Origin: Ostreococcus lucimarinus | Lineage: Eukaryota | Reading direction: 5' to 3' (one strand) | DNA length: 64,000 nucleotides | NCBI GenBank assembly: GCA_000092065.1 | Contig: CP000594.1 | Part shown: piece by piece, positions 22,663 through 33,500 of the stretch | Numbering within the stretch: the first letter of the stretch is position 1 | Layout of the letters: the number at the start of each line of letters is the position of its first letter | Position numbers and translations under genes: made by a program | The notes under the pieces: model-generated | Database searches by the model: none | The model's input: the letters and a program-made list of their open reading frames with translations, nothing else | What the model was told of the DNA's origin: nothing

Positions 22663-25600
22663 CTAAAAAATCAAATCAAGACCAAATACGGCGCTGATGA
22701 CAAATAATACACCGAAGGCGAGCGCGACGGCGCTCGATCCACGAGCGATATAGCTCACAAACTTGGGATTATTCTTCTCCAACGCTGCCGTACCCGCACC
22801 AATGCAGTACGTGTACGTCCCCATGGCGATAATGGTTCCGATGAAGAACGTCGCCAAAAAAGAAATCGCCTCGACGCGAGGGAGCGCCAGGGCAGGTAAA
22901 AGCAGAAACAATGAATCCGGTTGTAATCCATGGATGGTGCCAGTAATATACGTCCATGAGATGAAGCTGCTATCGCGCTTCGCGGGCACATCGCTCCCAT
23001 GCGAGTGCGAATGCGAGTGTGAGTGTGAGTGTGAATGTGAGTGCGAGTGACCGCCCATGCTTTCCCAAAAGCCAATAGCGCCAATAATAATGAGCGTCAA
23101 ACCGACGATTCCTTGTCCAAACTGACCGATAACTTCCAAGTTGAGCGGTAATTTATCCCTCAAAGCGATGAAAATACATCCAAATAAAATTTGACCCGTG
23201 TTATGCCCGAGCCCCCAAAGCGCGCCCATCAACGCGTTTTGCGCTCTGCTCGGTCCCACTGTCAGTGGCGTGAGTGCCGCTAAGTGGTCTGGCCCCGTGA
23301 GCGTGTGCAAGCAACCGGCTAATAGACCAGCCCATGCAGACTTAAACGCCGTGATTACGCTCATCCAGTGTGCGACGTGCAAATGTTTGACCCAAATGGC
23401 AATCGCTTCGCTGCACACCGAGTACGCTGCGCCCAAGCAACAAAACACGGTGAACGTCGTGAGGGCCACGGTAGTACTCTTGGACAACGGCTGTCGCCCG
23501 AACGTGACAAGCAAACGCACTGAGTTCATCGCCACCATGAGGGTCGCGCCTTCGTGCAGCAATACCGCCAACCATAGCGGAAACGCGCCGAAGAGAGCGG
23601 GAATAGCTGACCCCAAGATTGATACCACGGCGAGTGCGATGTTTTGTCGTAAAGTGCGTCGCGTGCGCTCGGCGATGGAAAACAGCTCTGGTAATTGAGA
23701 GATGCCTCCTTCGTCTTTAGTGAGCAACAGTACATCCGCCGCACTCGCGGCGGCATCGCTCGGCGTCGACGCGATGGCGACGCCGACATCCGCGGCGGCG
23801 AGCGCTGGGGCATCGTTGATACCATCGCCAACCATGGCCACGCGAGGATATTGCTTGGATTTCACGCGCTCTCGCATTGATTCAACCAGTGCAAGCTTTT
23901 GAGACGGAGTCAATCCGGCGTGTACGTCTTCCGGTTTCAACTTGATCTCCTCAGCCATGGCTATGGCGCTCGTCTTGTTGTCGCCCGTGAGCATGGCCAA
24001 CTCCATACCCGTCGAGTCGCTCGCCACCTCCCACCATCTCCGTCGGCACTTGCCAGTACGCAGGGACTCGATGGCATCGGGCGCCTGCAAATTAAGCGTA
24101 TCACTAAACCTAAACAGCGCCGGGCTTTCGCCCTCAATCGCGAGCACAGAGAGCACTTCGCCCTCTTGCGCGATGACCTCGGCGGAGCATTCCGCAGCGC
24201 CAGTGTTACACAGCTCGAGCGCAAACTCGGAGCTACCGAATCGCGCACGCTTGCCGTCGATCGTGCCTTCCACACCACTCCCCGCGATGACTTTGTAATC
24301 CGTCACGGGACCGACGTCTGGCAAAATGATCCCCCGCGCCGCTTGCGTCACCGCGGCGGCAATCGGGTGGGACGAACCGCGTTCGAGGCTCAGCGCGTAC
24401 GCCAGAGCCTTGACTGACGCGCTCGGAGCAGTGTCGTGTTGCGCACCGTCTTCAAATTGTGTGATATTCGTGCAGCTCATTTGCCCCGTCGTGATGGTTC
24501 CCGTCTTATCGAGCGCCACCGCGCCGACTTCGGCCAAAGCGTCGAGAGTCAAGCCGCCTCGAATGAGCACACCTCGCCGAGCCATGGCCCCGATGGCCGC
24601 CACGTACACGAGCGGCGACATCAACAATGCACACGGCGCTGCGGAGGATAAAAACGCAAAGCTGCGATACATGGCACCGCCGCGACCCAAAAATGGAATC
24701 CCGAGCACCATCGGCGCCGCGGCCATGGTAATAAAGGTGATGGCCAATATCGCCTTACTGTAGCGGTCTCCTATGCTATCGATCAATCGTGAGACTTTCG
24801 GACGACGCCGCTGCGCAGCCTCGGTGAGTCGCGCGATTCGCGCCGGTGTGCTCTCCTCGCTCGATCTCAAGCTCTTCACCACGAGCACGCCGTCGGTGTT
24901 CATCGCGCCGGCGGGAATCTCATCGCCGTATCTCTTCATCACCGGCAAAGCCTCACCGGTGATGTGTTGAATGCTCACTAACGCGCTGCCGTGGACAACC
25001 ATACCATCCAACGGCACTTGCTGTCCAGCCTTGACGAAAATCATCGTCCCAACGTCGACGTCCGCCGCGGGCATCTCTCGGAGCGTCGTCAAATCCGGCG
25101 TCCCATCGGCGAGCAACTGCACGACGTCCGCCGTCGTGGGCACCGTGCCCCACAACGCCTTCAAATCCCCCCGAGCGTGCAGCGTCAATCGATCCTCCAC
25201 GAAGTGCGCCAGGGCGAAGAGCACCAAGAGCAGCGCGCCCTCCATCGCGCACCCCAAGAGCACGGTGCCGAACACGGCCAACGTCGTGAGCACGTGAATG
25301 TTCACGTTCCCCACCGCGAGCTCGTACGTCACGTCCACAAACTCGGGCGTCCCCGCCAACACGTAAACCAGAATCGTGCACACCCGACTGACGTTCGCCG
25401 CCATCGTCGTCTCCACCAATCCGCCGCCGCCGACGTGCGTCGCCACGTGCGCCGCCCCCGCGACGAGAAACAGCGCCCACGACACCACCGCCACCGCCGC
25501 GTTCCCGCGCAGGAAATCCGCCACCGCGTGCAAACCAGTGGCGTTAAACATCGCATCCAGCGCCCTCTCCGTGCGTCCGCGCGGTGCAAACTCCCCGGAG

Positions 25601-26055
25601 CTCGTCGCCGCCATCATCCCCGCCTGCGACACGAACTCGTCCTCGTCCGCGCTCATCGCGCCGTCCATCGCCCGCGCGCCCCGCGCCTTACCGCACGAGT
25701 GCCCACAACACGAGTGAAATTCCCCACCGTGCGCCCGCGCGCGCTCGAAACCGCGTCGACCGCCTTCCCCGCGCGTCCGCGTCCCGCGTCCCGCGTCCAC
25801 CCTCGCGAACCTCCCCCCCCGCGCCCCCACGACGCGCGCGCGCTCGCGATTCGACGCCGCGCGCGCGCTCGACGCGTCCATCCGCGCGCTCGCGCGCGTC
25901 CGGTCGCATCTGTCTCGCGCGCGCGTCCCCGTCGCCGCCCCCGTCGCCGTCGCCGCGCGCGCGACAACGATGCGCGTCGCCGTCGTCGCGCGTCCGCGCG
26001 CGCGCGGCGCGCCCGCGAGCGCGCGCGGCGAGGGCGCGATCGCGTGCGCGCGCAT
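22663..26055 (-). CDS. HMA1-like P1B-type heavy-metal ATPase fused in frame to a C-terminal ~330-aa 6-7 TM permease-like module via an (HS)8 linker (1130 aa)
   Basis: P-type motifs DKTGTITTG, GDGINDAPALAAADVGVAIAS and an APC transmembrane metal-site motif; HSCCGHSCG near the N-terminus. After the last ATPase helix (LMVAMNSVRLL) come extra TM helices carrying two H-x3-G-x-D-(H/S)-L motifs (LHTLTGPDHLAAL; IHGLQPDSLFLL), separated by GGHSHSHSHSHSHSHSHG. Confidence 0.85.
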   Translation of the reverse strand: MRAHAIAPSPRALAGAPRARGRATTATRIVVARAATATGAATGTRARDRCDRTRASARMDASSARAASNRERARVVGARGGRFARVDAGRGTRTRGEGGRRGFERARAHGGEFHSCCGHSCGKARGARAMDGAMSADEDEFVSQAGMMAATSSGEFAPRGRTERALDAMFNATGLHAVADFLRGNAAVAVVSWALFLVAGAAHVATHVGGGGLVETTMAANVSRVCTILVYVLAGTPEFVDVTYELAVGNVNIHVLTTLAVFGTVLLGCAMEGALLLVLFALAHFVEDRLTLHARGDLKALWGTVPTTADVVQLLADGTPDLTTLREMPAADVDVGTMIFVKAGQQVPLDGMVVHGSALVSIQHITGEALPVMKRYGDEIPAGAMNTDGVLVVKSLRSSEESTPARIARLTEAAQRRRPKVSRLIDSIGDRYSKAILAITFITMAAAPMVLGIPFLGRGGAMYRSFAFLSSAAPCALLMSPLVYVAAIGAMARRGVLIRGGLTLDALAEVGAVALDKTGTITTGQMSCTNITQFEDGAQHDTAPSASVKALAYALSLERGSSHPIAAAVTQAARGIILPDVGPVTDYKVIAGSGVEGTIDGKRARFGSSEFALELCNTGAAECSAEVIAQEGEVLSVLAIEGESPALFRFSDTLNLQAPDAIESLRTGKCRRRWWEVASDSTGMELAMLTGDNKTSAIAMAEEIKLKPEDVHAGLTPSQKLALVESMRERVKSKQYPRVAMVGDGINDAPALAAADVGVAIASTPSDAAASAADVLLLTKDEGGISQLPELFSIAERTRRTLRQNIALAVVSILGSAIPALFGAFPLWLAVLLHEGATLMVAMNSVRLLVTFGRQPLSKSTTVALTTFTVFCCLGAAYSVCSEAIAIWVKHLHVAHWMSVITAFKSAWAGLLAGCLHTLTGPDHLAALTPLTVGPSRAQNALMGALWGLGHNTGQILFGCIFIALRDKLPLNLEVIGQFGQGIVGLTLIIIGAIGFWESMGGHSHSHSHSHSHSHSHSHGSDVPAKRDSSFISWTYITGTIHGLQPDSLFLLLPALALPRVEAISFLATFFIGTIIAMGTYTYCIGAGTAALEKNNPKFVSYIARGSSAVALAFGVLFVISAVFGLDLIF
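23001..23050. repeat. (GAGTGY)n hexanucleotide microsatellite inside the CDS, encoding the (His-Ser)8 linker
   Basis: gcgagtgcgaatgcgagtgtgagtgtgagtgtgaatgtgagtgcgagtg on the plus strand. Confidence 0.9.
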
Positions 26056-26477
26056 CGTTCGACGCGCGCGTCCCGGACGCGGCGCGCGCGGGCGTGTGAC
26101 GCGCGTCGCGACGCGATCGGACGCGCGCTAGGGAAGCCGCGCGTTCGCGGCCGACGATCGCGCCCGTAATCGCCATTTCGCGACGCCCGACATGGATTTA
26201 TTTCGGGACGCGCGCGTGGAGATGATAGGTTTAAAACGTCCTCGAACGCGCGTCGGAGGCGCACTTTTCGCGCGCGCGGGCGATGGATGCGCGCGCGTCG
26301 ACGACGCGGGGGGCGCGCGCGGCAGAGCGCGGCGGGTCGCGACGGCGACGGCGACGGCGCGGACGGTCGCGGCGAAGCCCGGACGAAGGCGCGTCGACGC
26401 GCGCGCGGCGCGCGGACGCGAGCGACGCGACGCGCGGTCGACGAGAGGCGTGAGTTCGAGTTGGGTGTTGACGGTGG

Positions 26478-27860
26478 ATGTTGACGACGGCGATGGCGTC
26501 GTTTTCGAGCGAGGCGCTTCGCGCGTGGCGCGCGGGGGACGAGGAAGACGCGCGCGAACGCGCGGCGTTGATCGCGGCGAGCTCGGGGGCGGAGTGCGGC
26601 GCGAATGGGGCGCGGGGGGGGGGCGACGACGGCGGCGCGAGGGCGAGCGCGCGAGGACGACGCGCGCTCGCGGCGGCGGCGTGCGTCGCGGCGCTGGTGG
26701 GCTTGGGGGCGTGCGCGCGCGCGCACGGTGCGGAGATGAGCGGGCGCGAGCGTGGGGTGCGCGCGGCGGCGCTCGGTGGGGAGGCGCGTTCGGGCGGGAC
26801 GCGGCGGCGCGGCGCGCCGAGACGCGCCGCGCCGAGACGCGCCGCGGCCGCCGCGGCCGCCGTCGGGCAGAGCGAAGCCGAGAGCGGTCTAGTGGTGTTT
26901 AATGAAGCGCCGGAGTATACGTGCGCGAAACGGAATAAAGCTTTGAGAGAGGCTGCTTACGCCGCGAGGATGGGGTCGCCGTGGACGCCGGGGTGTCACT
27001 CAAAGCTAGGCGAGGAGGGGTGCACGAAGATTTCAGACGCCGGCGCGCGACTGGCGGCGTTGAGCGATCACGTGTACGTCATCTGCATGAAGTGCGATAA
27101 AATAGTGCTCCCATTGCAGTGGGCGGGGAAGGTGACGACGGTGCACGGCGCCGACATCGATCCGTGCTACGGGCGCGCGGCCGCGGATCACTGGCACAAG
27201 GCGTCGATGTCGCACGTGCACGCGCTCCTCGACGCCGTCAAGTACCAGTACAAGACGGTGACCATCGTCGAAGAAGATGCGATAACGGTTTCACCCGATC
27301 GCGTGGACGCCAACGCGGGGTTCGACATCGACGGCTTAGAGCACGCGATCAAGAATGACTCGAGTTGGAACACCGTTCGCGTGGGTTACAGACCATTCTT
27401 TTTCGAGCAACAGTCTGCAAACGTCCCAGTCGGTTCGACACCGCATTACGCCTGCCCGCTGGCGTGTAAGTGCCACGAAACGACGGCGAAAAACGCGTGC
27501 ATCGTGCGCGAGAATGGATGTGACATGCGAAGCAGCGACTTTTACATGATTCGCATGTCGCAGTCGCGCGCCATCAGAAAAACCGTCGGCGCGGGGAGCA
27601 CGATCGACATGGAAGCTTTACGCAACGTGCATCATCAAATGTACGTGTTGCCGCAGCTCAGCTACCAAGCGAACCTCGATCGCACGCGCGAGCAGCAAGT
27701 GAATATGGCTCGACGATTCAGAGACTTGTGCTTTGTGCCGAAAACTCCGTCCGACGAAGTCGTGCAAGACGCGGCGACGGCGGAGCGCGAGTACGAAGAG
27801 CGAGTGAGCACCATCGAGTCCGCGGACTCGACGCGATATATCACCAAACCACAACGATAA
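26478..27860 (+). CDS. Hypothetical protein with GT25-like (GT-A fold) glycosyltransferase signature; low-complexity Ala/Arg-rich N-terminus
   Basis: ...ASMSHVHALLDAVKYQYKTVTIVEEDAI resembles the GT25 family S-H ... hydrophobic-LEDD pattern. Start uncertain. Confidence 0.45.
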   Translation: MLTTAMASFSSEALRAWRAGDEEDARERAALIAASSGAECGANGARGGGDDGGARASARGRRALAAAACVAALVGLGACARAHGAEMSGRERGVRAAALGGEARSGGTRRRGAPRRAAPRRAAAAAAAVGQSEAESGLVVFNEAPEYTCAKRNKALREAAYAARMGSPWTPGCHSKLGEEGCTKISDAGARLAALSDHVYVICMKCDKIVLPLQWAGKVTTVHGADIDPCYGRAAADHWHKASMSHVHALLDAVKYQYKTVTIVEEDAITVSPDRVDANAGFDIDGLEHAIKNDSSWNTVRVGYRPFFFEQQSANVPVGSTPHYACPLACKCHETTAKNACIVRENGCDMRSSDFYMIRMSQSRAIRKTVGAGSTIDMEALRNVHHQMYVLPQLSYQANLDRTREQQVNMARRFRDLCFVPKTPSDEVVQDAATAEREYEERVSTIESADSTRYITKPQR

Positions 27861-27978
27861 CCACTCAGCTCGCGTCCATCGATTGTAGTCTCACGAGAGC
27901 CACTTAGCGAACGTCGCGCCGCCGCTCGACCTCGCCGCGCGCCGCGCGCCCGACCCTCCCCACTCCGCGGCGCGCGTC

Positions 27979-28221
27979 ATGGTCTTCGCCACCGCCGCCG
28001 CCCTCGCCCGTCGCGCCCGTCGCGTCGGTTTCAACGCCCTCACGACGAAGCTCGCCAAGAAGGGTTTCTACAAGGGCAAGGGCGCCGTCTCTCCCGGCGT
28101 CCGCACGCGCACCGGCCGGTTCAAGGTCGTCCCGTGGAAGCGTCCCGAGTACGTCGTCCCCGCCAGCGCGCACGGCGTCAGCGCGTTCGCGCCCTACGTC
28201 GAGCGCGCGAGCGTCAAGTGA
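27979..28221 (+). CDS. Mitochondrial ribosomal protein mL41 (MRPL41 / yeast MRPL27 family)
   Basis: KKGFYKGKGAVSPGVRTRTGRFKVVPWKRPEYVVPASAHGVSAFAPYV aligns to MRPL41 (..KG.G..T..G.F......VPEFVVPDL..F.LKPYV). ATG at 27979. Confidence 0.75.
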   Translation: MVFATAAALARRARRVGFNALTTKLAKKGFYKGKGAVSPGVRTRTGRFKVVPWKRPEYVVPASAHGVSAFAPYVERASVK

Positions 28222-28313
28222 TCGCGCGCGCGCGTCGATCGATCGCGCGCGCGCGCGCGTTCGCGCGCGCGCGGTTTGTAATTCATTCGTAGCGTCCTAG
28301 TCGTCGTCACACG

Positions 28314-28320
<7 letters not shown>

Positions 28321-28346
<26 letters not shown>

Positions 28347-28375
28347 ACGCGACGCGACGCGACGCGACGCGACGC
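28321..28375. repeat. (GACGC)11 pentanucleotide tandem repeat abutting the ATG of the downstream gene
   Basis: 11 perfect units ending one base before the ATG at 28376. Confidence 0.95.
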
Positions 28376-29095
28376 ATGCGCGCGGTGCCGTGCACGTGCA
28401 AGCGCGGCGCGGCGTCCGCGCAGCGGCGCAAGCTGGAGAAGCGCCGGGACGCGCGCGAGGTCGAGCTCGAGCGCGCGCGAAGGCTCGAGGCTCGAGCGCG
28501 CGCCGAGGCGTTTCGACCGCCCGCGCCGGCGCCGGCGGCGACGAGCGAGCGAGAGGCGACGGCGCGCGTCGAGGAGGCGCGCGATGACGCGCGCGCGAGC
28601 GGAGAGGCGCTGCGACGGGCGAAGGAGGAGGCGAGGGCGAGCGAGGCGTGGGACCCGAACCGAGGGTATAAAAAGTTTCCAAACGTGACGGCGCTCTTCG
28701 CGGAGTACGACGCGAAACGCGCGCGATGGGTGGAGACGAAGCTCGAACGCGCGCTGACGATTTGGGGTGAGGTGACGGGGGGGGAGTTTAAGACGCTGGA
28801 GGCGTTTAATTGGTACTACGGGGAGGATTTGGACGCGCGCGACGGCGCGAACGCGAAATCCGTGACGTACATGCTGCCCGCGGTGATGAAAGCGTCGGCA
28901 CCGCGCGCGGTGGCGGAGATATGCGAAGTCGCGTGTCGCATCGGTGCGCCGAGAAGCGGTGCGATCGATTTAGGGGACAAGCTGCGCGCGCAGGCGGTGG
29001 CGAAGCTTGAAGAGGCGGCGGAGTTTGATTTGCTCGAAGACGACGAGTTGGAGACGCTCGAGGCGTTGAGGAGTTGGGTCGTGGAGGAAAAGTAG
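28376..29095 (+). CDS. Hypothetical protein (charged coiled-coil N-terminus; conserved-looking C-terminal part)
   Basis: ATG-initiated 239-aa ORF. Less biased composition in the C-terminal half (WDPNRGYKKFPNVTALFAEYD...). No family recognised. Confidence 0.35.
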   Translation: MRAVPCTCKRGAASAQRRKLEKRRDAREVELERARRLEARARAEAFRPPAPAPAATSEREATARVEEARDDARASGEALRRAKEEARASEAWDPNRGYKKFPNVTALFAEYDAKRARWVETKLERALTIWGEVTGGEFKTLEAFNWYYGEDLDARDGANAKSVTYMLPAVMKASAPRAVAEICEVACRIGAPRSGAIDLGDKLRAQAVAKLEEAAEFDLLEDDELETLEALRSWVVEEK

Positions 29096-29210
29096 GTGGG
29101 AAGAAAACTTCTGTGTTGATGTATTTATTGTAATGTAAGAACTCGGTTGCGTTGAAGAATTCATTACGCGGGCTTTTCGGTGCAAAAAAGTACGCTCGCG
29201 CGGGTGCGTT

Positions 29211-30103
29211 TTAAAGCGCCGTCGGGCGCCCACCGTCGACGCCGTCGCTCGACGCCTCGGCGGAGGCGCTCAAAAACCCTTGCGCCCACGCCTCGTCGCG
29301 ACTCCATCCGTCCTTTCCAGATGAAATCGAATTCACCGCCGTGGGCTTGGGTTCAGACGTGTACGACGGTCTAGCGCTCTCGACGCGCGAACCGACGGCG
29401 TCGAGAAGATCGTTCGCCCACGGCGCGCCCGGCATCACTCCCGACAGATTGGGATCGGCGAAGTGGGTCTCATCTTTCGGAGCCACCACGTACTCTCCCA
29501 ATCGACGCTTGATCGCGTTCAGAGCCATCTCCGCTCGAAGCGTGCGCTTTTCAAGTCTTCTGTTCTCCGCGTTCAAGCTGAGCACTTCGCGCTCGAGCGA
29601 AAAGTCGTCCACGAGCATCTTCGCGCGCTCTAAGTGCATTTGCTCCACCTTCGCCCGCAACCGCTTGCGGTCGGCGCGCGCGGGCCAACCGAGAACCAAA
29701 TTCCCAAAAAAAGCGCCGAAAAACCCACCCTTCATCACCCGTCGCGTCTCCGGCTTGAGATTCATCCACTCCTTTCTAATCGGCTCCGTCACCGGCTTCA
29801 ACAAATTATTAATCTGCCTCGCCGTCGGCCCAAAGTGATCGACCGCCACGTTCATCGACGGCTGTATCAACTTCGCCTTCTCATTCATCTCCTTCGTCAC
29901 CACGTTCTGCGTCGACTGCGCCCACGTCGCCGTCGTCGCCGTCGCTCGTCTCGTCAGCTCGCTCGCCTTGTCGAACCACTTCCCCCACCCCCCGCCCTTG
30001 CCGTCGCCACCGCTCGCGCTCGTCGAGGCCCCACCGCTCGCGCTCTGCGCGCCGCTCGCGCCGTTCGGTTCCTTGATCGACCGCACCGCGCGTCCGCGCG
30101 CGC

Positions 30104-30140
<37 letters not shown>

Positions 30141-30317
30141 GCGTCGTCCCGTCCCTCGTCGTCGCGCGCCGTCGTCGCGCGTCGTCGCGCGTCCGCGAAA
30201 CGCGCCGGGTGCGCCGCGATCGAGTCCGCGCGCGCCGAGTCCGCGCGGCGGCGGCAGCATGGCGCCGCCGTCGTCGCGCGTCGGCGTGCGCGGACGCGCG
30301 ACGACGCGTCGCGTCAA
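29211..30317 (-). CDS. Hypothetical coiled-coil protein with poly-Thr (T12) tract
   Basis: 368-aa ORF. The (CGT/ACG)n run at ~30105-30141 encodes the poly-Thr tract. Central region of ordinary composition (NEKAKLIQPSMNVAVDHFGPTARQINNLLKPVTEPIRKEWMNLKPE). Divergent from the VPS13 gene. Confidence 0.35.
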
Positions 30318-30596
30318 CGGCTCGGTCGGACGAGGACCGCTACACAGCGCAATTGGAGGTACTTTATGACCTCAGCGTTCATATTAGGACGGTGCGTGTA
30401 CCTATTTACCGGACGAGGACTGCGTCGTATCGGTAAACAGTGCGAGCGACTGACGCTTCAGTCGCGGTCGCGCGACGGACCCGTCGTCGCGCCGCGGCGC
30501 GCGCGACGGACCGCGAGCGAGGCGTCGTCCGTCGCTCGACGTCCGCGCGGCGTTCGCGCGCGCGATCGAGGCGCGCGCGCGTCGCGACGGACGACG

Positions 30597-33500
30597 ATGG
30601 TGTTCGAGCGGTTGTTGGCGGACCAACTGAACGCGAGGCTCGGGCGCGTGCTCGAGGGCGTCGATCGCGACGACGTGCGCGTGGGCGTGCTGAACGGAGA
30701 CGTGCGGATACGGCGGGTGCGGGTGCGGGCGTCGGCGCTGACGAAGATATTGGACGAGCCGAGCGCGCGGGTGCGGTGCGGATTCGTGGACGAGCTGCGC
30801 GTGCGCGTGCCGTGGAGGAACTTGGGGAAGGAGGCGGTGCGAGTGACGTTTCACGGGGTGTACGTCGTGGGGGAGATCGATGTGAACGGAGACGACGAGG
30901 CGCGGGAGAGCGAGGAGGAGCGGAGGGAGAGACAGCGGGTGAAGGCGTTGAGGACGGCGCGCAGGGCGGCGGACGCGGCGGAGCGGGCGTGGTTGAAGTG
31001 GAATCCGGCGGTGAACGCGGAGGCTTTGGAGGCGGAGGACGGCAGGGAGAGCGCGCAGGATGGGGTGAGGAAGAGGAGCGCGATCGCTGGGCTCATCGAC
31101 GTCGCCCTGGCGAACGTTCTGATTGAAATTTCAAACGTGCACGTCAGAATCGAGGGCGAGTACGGAGCGGGCGTTCCGTGGGGAATGGGACTCGTGCTCG
31201 AACGCGTGTCGCTGACGACCGTTGGAGAAGATTTCGAAAATGACTTCAAAGTCGGCGGTTTCGCCGACAGTTTACGAAAGATGATTGCGTTAGAGCGCGT
31301 CGGCGTGTACGCCGATTTCAATTCGCCGTCAGTCGCGTCAGAGACGCCGGACGGTTGGCGAGGCATCCGCGAAGACCAATTCGTGCGGCAAATGTCCGCG
31401 GTCTTCAATACCGAGGTTGGCGAGCGCATGAAAGAAGGCACCAGCGGCGATGTCGTGATACCGCAATCGTACGTATTCGGACCGTTACGAGGAACGGCGA
31501 CGTACGCGAGAAGAGGTCACGCCGAGGACACCAACACGCCGCTGCATCAATTACGGATGGATATAAATTCTATTCAAATCAGCATCAAGTCAACGCAGCT
31601 TAAGGTGTTTTACAACATGTACTCCAATTTACGCACCAGTCGCGTGCGGTACACGTATGCGCATATACGCCCAAGGGTCGGCGTCAAAGGAAATGCGCGT
31701 TTATGGTGGCGTTTCGCGGGCGCCGGCGTTCAGATGCACGTCGACGAAATACGTAAACGGCGTGGATTGGACTTTAAATCTAGTGTTAGCGCTATGGTGC
31801 GCATAACTGAGGCTCGCCAGCGTTATATTCCTTTATACGTCAAGCATTTGCGCTCTGCACCGCCACCTCCAGAGTGTCTAATCGCCGAACGCGCCGAGCG
31901 ACGCAATAAGCTTTGGCCACCTAAACTGAAGATTGGGATGTCGACAGAAATTGATGAAATCGAAGAAGGTATTCCCCTGCAGAGTATTATTACTTTCCGA
32001 ACGCTGGCGCACGTAGAATACCGGGAGTCTGGCGGGGTGAAAGCGGCGGTAGCGAGAGAACGAGCGGCTCGCTTTGGCAAACGTCGCGTCGTCAGAGCAG
32101 TCGTCGGTCTCGCGGGCGGTGGTGCGAAGAACACGGCAAAGGTATTGAAAGGGCTGTCGGCGCCGATTCGTGGTCTTGCTCGAGCAGTTAACAAACGCGA
32201 CTCGACAGCATTATTAGTCGAGAGGCAAAAGCGTTTGCGAAAGTCGCAACCGGAAGAAGATGATGATTCAAACTGGCGAGAAAGTCTAGAGAATACGGTG
32301 CAATTGAGCCAGCGAATGGTGGCTCTAGAAGAAGAAGCCGTGCACTCTTCGGTTGAGCTATCCGGAGTGGTGAATGTTGAAAAAGTATTAGTTTGCATGG
32401 TTGATGACGAGGTTGACAATCCAATCGGTGAGCAGGAGATTTTTAGAATAGGTGTCCATGAAGTCAGTTTGGGAACGCTGCGAGGTTCTGGACGACGAGA
32501 ACAACGCGTTTCTATCCGCCGATTGGCGATCGTAAGCCCGGAAGGGACACTACTCGATTCCAGTAAGACCACTGATAATGAAGAGAGAGCGACCTCTCTC
32601 GATCGTTCACAAGTTGCGTTATGGGACAAGGCGTCCGAGTGTAACGCGGTGCAATTGCAAATAGTCAAAGGCGATGTCGAGACAGAAGAAGATATCTTCA
32701 TAAAGTTTCAGATGAGGCAGTCGATCGTGCACTTATTGCGAGAGCCTTTAGATAGAGTGGCGCGAGTGGCTGTGCGACACAAAGTGACGACGGCATATCT
32801 CGAATCTTTCATTTACGACGATGAAGCGAAACAGCGCAATCACACACACTCCATCGAAAAGCAGGCAGATGAGTTCAAAATCAGACCAAGAGTGCGATTA
32901 GACGCGCGAGTTCACGGTCCCGTGATTATTTTGGATGGCGACGGCGTAAACTTACGCATAGACCTTGGTACAACGGTAATTGAGTCTATGACGCCAGTTT
33001 CAGCTGGCATCGAGAGCTCACTAGCAAAAGAACACAATGTTTTCTCATTTCAATGCACAGGATTCCAAGTCGGATTTATCGACGATGAATGGGATACGAA
33101 TTCGAACCGACCTGTGGAAGATGAACAGATAATACTTCCGCTGTTGAGTGCACCGTCGTCAAACACCGTCGTGATTCAAAATTTGAATGCCGCATCCGAT
33201 GCGCCGAATCTCAAGGTGCACTCAAAGTTCAGCGCCATTGATATTTCGGTTTCTCCTGTGCGAGTGTTTAAGATCCGTTCTTTGGTCAAGGCATTGAAGC
33301 CAACAACGTCCATAAGTGAGGAACACGTCGCCGCGGTTGTCACCGAAAACGAGGTCCGAGTGCTGCTGCTGCAATTGGATGAAAGCGGCGAAGTGTGTTG
33401 GATACCGGCGACGATATCGTTGCAAAACAATAGTTCTATGGATATTAGAACGATTAATGGGCTCAAAAGTCGAACAATTCACATCAACCTCATGGAAAGC

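Noticed and set aside
28321-28375. CRISPR array at the (GACGC)11 run
   Set aside because: It is a perfect 5-nt microsatellite with no spacers, and the context is eukaryotic.
29634-30596. The first ~960 nt of the giant track ORF 29634..43901
   Set aside because: The VPS13 chorein-N homology begins at the ATG at ~30597. The upstream in-frame stretch is Arg-rich read-through of the 5' leader and overlaps a minus-strand gene.
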